From NCBI GenBank assembly GCA_019058165.1, contig JAHLVZ010000002.1, positions 16,048 through 80,047 on the forward strand: a DNA stretch of 64,000 nucleotides, read 5' to 3'. A model generated the notes under the pieces. The model did not search any database. It saw only the letters and a list, made by a program, of their open reading frames with translations, and was not told where the DNA came from. A program made the position numbers and the translations under genes. This DNA is from Candidatus Heimdallarchaeota archaeon. Lineage in GTDB: Archaea > Asgardarchaeota > Heimdallarchaeia > JABLTI01. This document shows, one piece after another, positions 58,486-64,000 of the stretch. Numbering within the stretch: position 1 is the stretch's first letter; each line of letters begins with the position of its first letter.

Positions 58486-58590
58486 TGGCGCCGGCAACAG
58501 GATTTGAACCTTTAACCCAACAAGGAAGAATCCCTTATTGTGTGGCCACTCGGTTAACAGCCGAGAGCTCTACCGCTGAGCTATGCCGGC
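58486..58590 (-). tRNA. tRNA-Asn (GUU) with a 30-nt non-canonical intron in the T-arm; CCA encoded
   Basis: Hand-folded cloverleaf. Acceptor GCCGGCA/TGCCGGC, D arm GCTC-AGCGGTA-GAGC, anticodon arm CTCGG-CTGTTAA-CCGAG. The T arm ACA|GG-TTCAAAT-CCTGT forms only after removing 58511-58540. Discriminator G followed by CCA. Confidence 0.85.
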
Positions 58591-58814
58591 ATTTTATGCG
58601 TTTTATTTGCCTTCAAACTTATTTTATATTCTTTTTGGTTGATATGTGATTGGCAATAACTTCCGATTTCAATGATCTTTGCTACACATTCACTAACTAT
58701 GTTTTACTGTTAAAATAACAAATGCTTATTATTTTTCAAAATTAATGTTTAGTAATTCACACTGATGTGAATTATTCCTATCTATTACTAACAATATGGA
58801 GCTATTGAAAAACA

Positions 58815-59180
58815 ATGGTTAAATTAGATAAGATTGGGTTCCTCTCAGCTTTAGTTGGAGGACTCTTAGGTGTAGTAGCTGGTATTTTGAGCTTTTTAGA
58901 TATTACCATCTTTGCCCCATGGTATTTAGGTGGTAATGGTTTACTAGGCTGGATTATTGATCCAACTGGTCTAAGCATTATTTGGCCAATAATTTTCATT
59001 GCCTTAAGTGCAGTTGCCCTAATTATAGGTGCTACAAAGTCATTCTTTGGCATACTAGAATTCGATTTAATTATTTGGGGAATCATTCTAGTAATCATAG
59101 GAGCACTTGTTTGGGGTATAGCCGGCTGGTTAATTCTAGTAGGTGGTATCTTAGTTATTGTAGCCAAATTCCTGGATTAA
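58815..59180 (+). CDS. small integral membrane protein
   Basis: 121 aa, G/I/L-rich with about 4 TM helices. Preferred over the mirror ORF on the minus strand. Confidence 0.45.
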   Translation: MVKLDKIGFLSALVGGLLGVVAGILSFLDITIFAPWYLGGNGLLGWIIDPTGLSIIWPIIFIALSAVALIIGATKSFFGILEFDLIIWGIILVIIGALVWGIAGWLILVGGILVIVAKFLD

Positions 59181-59328
59181 TAATATTTGAAATCAAAATT
59201 TTGATTTCTCTTTTTCCTTTTTTTTTCTAATTTCATCTTAGTGTTACAAATTAAACAGAAAGTTTTTAGTAAAATCTAGTTGACTAAATAAGAAACCATA
59301 GGTTTAGTTCTTCTAAGGTGAATTTTCC

Positions 59329-61032
59329 ATGCCTAACACTGATCCTCATGACGAAGATAGTCAAAGTATTTCATCCATCCTTGAAATAACAGATTTATCT
59401 CTTATTAATCAAGAACCTGATGAGGATTTGTCAGATAGTGCATTAGAGAAAATACCTGAAATTGAAAAGCTCTATGGTCGATCTATCTTATCAAATTTCA
59501 GTTTTGGAATGGTTGACCCATTTCTAACCACTATTGCAGTTGATATGGGAATTTCTGGAAGTCAAATGGGTTGGTTGAGAGCAATCACAAATTTGCTCGG
59601 GAATTTTGTACAACCAATATTTGGTTTTTTATCTGATACAATACAGAGACGTTCAATTTTCGTGGCTCTTTCAAATATTCTTTACTCAAGTGCCTGGATC
59701 TTATTATTATTCATTAATCAAATATGGATGATTATTTTAATGGCTGGGATGATCTCATTAGTTGTGTCAATGGGAATTCCTGCTTGGACAGCTTTACTTG
59801 GGGAAGTAGTACCTTCGAAAATAAGAGGGAAAATAATTGCAAAGGTGAGATGGTTTTCCCAATTTTCATTTATTGCATCAACGATTTTGGGTGGAATTAT
59901 CTTAAATTATGTTTTTGGAAATTTGTCTTTTGGCTCTCGCACGATTGAACTTAATATGCTTTTAACCATCTCTATAGGATTACTAGCAGGTTTAATATCT
60001 GCTATAATCATCATGACATTCAAAGAAAAGAAAGCACGTGATAGAGGCCAAAGATTTAACGCTTTACTGGATAATGAAAATCAAAAATTAATGTTAAGGT
60101 CAGATATGCAATTTGATGAAGGAACTTGCTTAATTACAGAAGATATCATTATTGATAAAGATCCTCAAAACATTACAGCTAGTAGTCATGAAGTAATTTG
60201 TGTCTCTTCTGAGGATCAAACCAAGAAATCTATAATTTTGGATTCCACAAAGGATAAACCTCTCACTCAAAAACCATTAAGTCAAAGAGTAACTATGATG
60301 TTAAAAGATAAAGAATTCATTAAATTTTCAGTGATATTTGGTATCCAATCGTTTTTCATGTCTTATTGTTGGCCACTTTTCCCAATTAGACAACGAAGTG
60401 ATATTGCTGCAAATTTCTTTGAAATAGCTATTTTCTCTGTTGTTATGAGTGTAGCTTCAATTTTAACAATTCGTTATGCGGGAAGGATTTCTGATTTAAT
60501 TGGTAGGAAACCTCAGATGTTCTTAAATCGACTAATATTAATTACTATGCCACTAAGTTATATGTTCGCAAATCAAGTCTGGCATATAATACTCATTCAT
60601 GCAGTAATTTGTATACCCCTCGGATTAAATTCAGCTGTAATGCAAGCATATCTTATTGATATTACGCCAGAAGAAGAACGGAGTACGTATGTCGGATTTT
60701 ACAACATGTTTTATGGTCTCATTCTTTTCTTAGGATCACTCGCTGGTGGTTATATGGCTGACTTCTTGATGGGAGAGATAACAATCTTCGGGTTTTCACC
60801 TTATTTCGTTCAATTCAAAGCTATAACAATTGCCTTTTCAGTTGGATTTGTTGGTCGATTGTTAACAGCAATACCATTTCTGTTGATTAAAGATGTAAAA
60901 TCATTCCCCTATAAATTAAAAGATCTACCAAGATTGGTATTAAAAAGTAAAAAGCTATTTGCACTAATTGCATTAGTATCCATTTTCTTTGGCATCATTT
61001 TCATATATGTAGGTTTTACGGCCTTCGTTTAG
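59329..61032 (+). CDS. MFS transporter with a long central cytoplasmic loop
   Basis: About 12 TM segments in a 6+6 arrangement. The MFS-like loop motif is GFLSDTIQRRS. Confidence 0.8.
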   Translation: MPNTDPHDEDSQSISSILEITDLSLINQEPDEDLSDSALEKIPEIEKLYGRSILSNFSFGMVDPFLTTIAVDMGISGSQMGWLRAITNLLGNFVQPIFGFLSDTIQRRSIFVALSNILYSSAWILLLFINQIWMIILMAGMISLVVSMGIPAWTALLGEVVPSKIRGKIIAKVRWFSQFSFIASTILGGIILNYVFGNLSFGSRTIELNMLLTISIGLLAGLISAIIIMTFKEKKARDRGQRFNALLDNENQKLMLRSDMQFDEGTCLITEDIIIDKDPQNITASSHEVICVSSEDQTKKSIILDSTKDKPLTQKPLSQRVTMMLKDKEFIKFSVIFGIQSFFMSYCWPLFPIRQRSDIAANFFEIAIFSVVMSVASILTIRYAGRISDLIGRKPQMFLNRLILITMPLSYMFANQVWHIILIHAVICIPLGLNSAVMQAYLIDITPEEERSTYVGFYNMFYGLILFLGSLAGGYMADFLMGEITIFGFSPYFVQFKAITIAFSVGFVGRLLTAIPFLLIKDVKSFPYKLKDLPRLVLKSKKLFALIALVSIFFGIIFIYVGFTAFV

Positions 61033-61272
61033 TTGTATTCGTTGCAGAATTACCAATATTTGCCGTGAAAATAATCTATTTTAATACTAAATCTAAGTAC
61101 TATATGGATATTAGATAAGGTTTCTAAATGTCCCTGCTATTAAGAAGAAGTAGACAAAAATTCACTAGAATATGCGGAAATTTTTGTCAGAAGACTTTAA
61201 AACAATAGCACAAATTTATATTGTACCAATATTTAAAATTGGTATATTAAGTTAGTCGGAGTTGTATAATTA

Positions 61273-62004
61273 TTGTCTGCCAGGGTACCATTAAAAGAAA
61301 TAGCTCTTAATTGCAAAGGCTGTAATAAGGATATCAATATACCCATCTATGTAGACGATCTTAAAACTCAGGTGGGTGGGTTATGGCAAGTCTCATTCTT
61401 ACATGACGACCATGTAATTACTTTACTTTTAGACAAAAATCTATCATTACGACAACATCGTTCATCTACAATTGCACGAACAAGTAGAGAAGAAGCTTCT
61501 GCAAGGGCTTCTGTTGGCGCAACCGCTCAGGCTGCCTCAACATCAGCAGCTGCAGCAGCAACTCCCAGTCCTAGAGGAGAGGCAAGAGCAAGCATTACTC
61601 TTATGCTTAAAACATTCGGAAATACTCTTGAGTATGTGATGAAGCCCGTAATGACTGGGGATACTATCGTTGTTTCTGGTGATCTCGCTCTCATGGAAAT
61701 TGCTATAGCAACTTTGAAGATGTTTGTCCATAAGAAAGAATTACGAGTTTGTTGGTTTACTGAAACTTTTGTTGATCCAAGAGATTACGATATTATTGGA
61801 ATTGCACCAGGACTACGCGATTACTACGAAACTGAAGTGAATTTATCTATCGATCAAAAGAAAGTAGTTAATGGCGAAGAATGCGATTATTGTCGTAAGG
61901 TCTTGAAAGGTCTAGATAAGATGAATGAAACCAAAGCTGCTAATGAGCTAAAAGATCGAATAAAAAATGTTTACAGAAGTTTATTATGGATGCATCAAAT
62001 TTAG
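61273..62004 (+). CDS. hypothetical protein with Ala/Ser-rich linker
   Basis: 243-aa ORF with a TTG start. Two folded-looking halves are separated by the GC-rich low-complexity stretch EEASARASVGATAQAASTSAAAAATPSPRGEARAS. Confidence 0.45.
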   Translation: MSARVPLKEIALNCKGCNKDINIPIYVDDLKTQVGGLWQVSFLHDDHVITLLLDKNLSLRQHRSSTIARTSREEASARASVGATAQAASTSAAAAATPSPRGEARASITLMLKTFGNTLEYVMKPVMTGDTIVVSGDLALMEIAIATLKMFVHKKELRVCWFTETFVDPRDYDIIGIAPGLRDYYETEVNLSIDQKKVVNGEECDYCRKVLKGLDKMNETKAANELKDRIKNVYRSLLWMHQI

Positions 62005-62146
62005 CTGAAAAATTGGCTATTTGGTGTTCTTCCATGTAAATTTTATTTTTATATGCTTAAATTTCCTATAATTTTTCATTCTAAAAAACAACCAATTAGC
62101 TAATATATCATAAAAGCTTAATTGCATTTTATAGAGATACTTTGTT

Positions 62147-62560
62147 GTGAAAAAGATGGCATTAACAATTAGTAATCTCCCCTTAGCATTTGTACTCGCA
62201 ATTGCATTTGCATTTGGGATATTTCTAGTTGCTTTTATTTTCATCTTATTAAGAAAACCTTTCAAGAAAAAAGTGAAGGATGAAGAAGCAAAAAAACTAG
62301 AGTCAAAAACCGTATCCATTAAAGCGAGAGGTAAACATCTAAATCGATATTCATTATATGCTATGTATATTGTAGTTTTTGCTATAATTGCTGTTTTCCT
62401 AATGTTATCATTTTTCTCTATTAATGATATTGTTGCTTTTAGTGATATGTGGCCATTCATTTTCATAGTTGTTGTTTTAATCTTTTGTAGTCTAGTAATT
62501 GTTGAAAGAGTTAAAGCAGAGAGCAAGAGAACTGTGCAGAGAGATATGCGTAGATTGTGA
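62147..62560 (+). CDS. small membrane protein (possible subunit of the downstream Mrp/complex-I-like module)
   Basis: 137 aa with 3 TM helices. First of four co-oriented, closely spaced membrane ORFs. Confidence 0.4.
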   Translation: MKKMALTISNLPLAFVLAIAFAFGIFLVAFIFILLRKPFKKKVKDEEAKKLESKTVSIKARGKHLNRYSLYAMYIVVFAIIAVFLMLSFFSINDIVAFSDMWPFIFIVVVLIFCSLVIVERVKAESKRTVQRDMRRL

Positions 62561-62577
62561 AGAAGGAGAATAAGTAA

Positions 62578-62907
62578 ATGTCCAATGATGAACGTCCCGA
62601 GAAAAGAATCGACCAGTGGTTTATTCGAGGGATTGGTATAGTTGTTGCAAGTATTTTTCTCACTGTCATGACTTTTACCCTATTGGATTTACAACAAGGA
62701 TTATTCTTCACTGAAGGACCACAATCTGTAGGTTTAGATTACATTCTTTTAATAAAGCGAATTGGTCAATATCTTTGGACATTTCGTGTACTAGATTTGA
62801 TATTAATTTTAATCGTTTTAGTTTTAATTATAATTTCAACTTCTTATCTAATGAATTTCAAAGCACAAGTAATTAGAAGAAATCAAGACAGAGGGAGGTA
62901 CAGGTAA
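62578..62907 (+). CDS. small membrane protein (possible MrpB/MbhF-like)
   Basis: 109 aa with 2-3 TM helices. Its stop abuts the start of the next ORF. Confidence 0.4.
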   Translation: MSNDERPEKRIDQWFIRGIGIVVASIFLTVMTFTLLDLQQGLFFTEGPQSVGLDYILLIKRIGQYLWTFRVLDLILILIVLVLIIISTSYLMNFKAQVIRRNQDRGRYR

Positions 62908-63314
62908 TGCTTGATTGGACTTCTTTCTTTCCTTATACTCTTATTGCTTCTTTAGTGCTCTTTGCTATCGGTATTTATGGAATCATTACTTGTAAGAACT
63001 TTTTACGTGCCGTTTTTGGCATAGAAATTTTATTATTGACTGCTAATTTATTGCTCCTATCTTTTGGTTTAGGAAGTAGTGAAGAAACATCCTTGATATC
63101 TGATCCTTTTGCACAAACTCTCTCATTAATGATAATCGCAGTTAGTGCAGTTTTTCTTATACTTGGTTCTTCAATAAACAAACTTTTACAAGAAAACAAT
63201 GATGAGATTTTAGAATTTAGTTTTGAAGCTGAAGATATCCCCTCAAAAAAAGCAGAGGAACAAGAAGAGCAAACAAAATCACTTGATACAATTAAGGAGG
63301 ATGAGGAAGAATGA
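62907..63314 (+). CDS. NuoK/MrpC/MbhG-like membrane subunit with acidic C-terminal tail
   Basis: LFAIGIYGIITCKNFLRAVFGIEILLLTANLLLLSFG follows the NuoK/MnhC pattern. Confidence 0.65.
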   Translation: MLDWTSFFPYTLIASLVLFAIGIYGIITCKNFLRAVFGIEILLLTANLLLLSFGLGSSEETSLISDPFAQTLSLMIIAVSAVFLILGSSINKLLQENNDEILEFSFEAEDIPSKKAEEQEEQTKSLDTIKEDEEE

Positions 63315-64000
63315 GTGGATTACTTTTAGCAGCACTTTTGATCATTATTCCCGCTGCTGGAACCTTGTTTGGTTTAGTTCTCTCTCAACTTGAAGATTCT
63401 GTGGCAGCTGAAGGTAAAACACGCGATTGGATGTTATTTATTTTGATCTTTTTACCTACTGCAATAATTTCCATAGTTTTGCTTACATATCTAAGAAGTA
63501 GCAGTTCTTTCTCAATAGCGTGGCTACCTGGCATTGAGATTGGTTTGCATTTAAACAGAACTTCCATCATTTTTGCCTGCATATTTGCAAACTTCAGTGC
63601 TTTAATTGCTCTTTATTCTATTTCATTTATGTCGTTTGATAGGTATAGATCACAATACTGGTTCTTCTATCAATTAACATTAGCTGCAATGATGATAGGA
63701 ATATTCTCCAATAATCTCTTCTGGTTATTTGGTGGATTTGAGGTTGCATCAATAGGTGCTTTCTTCTTAATTTCTCATTGGCATCGTAAAACTGGGGAGG
63801 AAGGGCAAAAAGCAGGGAAAGCAGCAATTCGTTACCTAATCATTAGTATCTGTGGTGATATCTTTCTCCTTATTGGGTTTGGGTTAATCCTAGTAGCTTT
63901 CAACACTTCACTTTTAGGTGAACTATTAGACAAATGGGTAGCTGTCCCAGTTAAAATTATAGGAAACTCAAGTACTTCCACTAGATCGCTCATCACATTT
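63311..64000 (+). CDS. NuoL/MrpD/MbhH-like antiporter-type subunit (5' part, runs off the window)
   Basis: Hand translation from the ATG at 63311 (ATGA overlap with the previous stop) gives MSGLLLAALLIIIPAAG...FFLISHWHRKTGEEGQKAGKAAIRYLIISICGDIFLLIGFG. This is typical of proton-conducting antiporter-like subunits. Confidence 0.7.
   Translation, partial: MSGLLLAALLIIIPAAGTLFGLVLSQLEDSVAAEGKTRDWMLFILIFLPTAIISIVLLTYLRSSSSFSIAWLPGIEIGLHLNRTSIIFACIFANFSALIALYSISFMSFDRYRSQYWFFYQLTLAAMMIGIFSNNLFWLFGGFEVASIGAFFLISHWHRKTGEEGQKAGKAAIRYLIISICGDIFLLIGFGLILVAFNTSLLGELLDKWVAVPVKIIGNSSTSTRSLITF

Noticed and set aside
58802-59167. 121-aa minus-strand ORF mirroring the plus-strand membrane ORF at 58815-59180.
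   Set aside because: The plus-strand product has a regular G/I/L-rich TM helix pattern. The minus-strand product is proline/lysine/threonine-rich without structure. Only one can be real, and the plus strand is favoured.
62017-62526. 169-aa minus-strand ORF overlapping the plus-strand membrane ORF at 62147-62560.
   Set aside because: The plus-strand ORF is in series with three further co-oriented membrane subunit genes. The minus-strand ORF has no partner context or motif.
1-64000. Looked for CRISPR arrays, rRNA genes and long tandem repeats.
   Set aside because: No regularly spaced direct repeats of 24-40 nt, and no rRNA-like GC-rich blocks beyond the SRP RNA, the tRNA and the 20.0-kb element, were seen on reading through the window.

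Overview
Visibly AT-rich archaeal chromosomal segment, densely coding on both strands. The archaeal assignment rests on the L7Ae-S28e-L24e ribosomal protein operon, an archaeal-type SRP (7S) RNA, an intron-containing tRNA, type-2 IPP isomerase, Tsr3 and an NcsA/TtuA-type tRNA thiolase. The mix of eukaryote-like proteins (Rab/Ras-like small GTPase with a long tail, JAMM/MPN protease, LIM-like zinc-finger array fused to a DA1-like peptidase, many HEAT-repeat proteins) suggests an Asgard (Loki-like) archaeon; this is inference, not proof. Housekeeping content includes citrate synthase plus aconitase, GlmM plus a GlmU-like enzyme, several radical SAM enzymes, an Obg/YchF-like GTPase, ComB, an MFS transporter and the start of an Mrp/complex-I-like membrane module. 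The most unusual part is an accessory patch at about 12.1-23.2 kb. It holds a six-gene, translationally coupled minus-strand operon: two wHTH proteins, a Walker-A-less helicase-like protein with wHTH and zinc ribbons, a 500-aa unknown, an SF2 helicase interrupted by a 1-nt frameshift, and a metallophosphoesterase. Upstream of the operon lie a GC-rich structured intergenic RNA candidate, a free-standing LAGLIDADG+HTH protein and a TnpB-only IS element that abuts the SRP RNA gene. I do not recognise this gene combination as any named defence or repair system. Other points are a tRNA-Asn(GUU) with a 30-nt non-canonical intron in the T-arm, a degenerate copy of its 3' end 1.2 kb away, and a tandem pair of small 6-Cys proteins. 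No CRISPR array or rRNA gene was seen. All functional calls come from motif recognition by eye; no database search was run.
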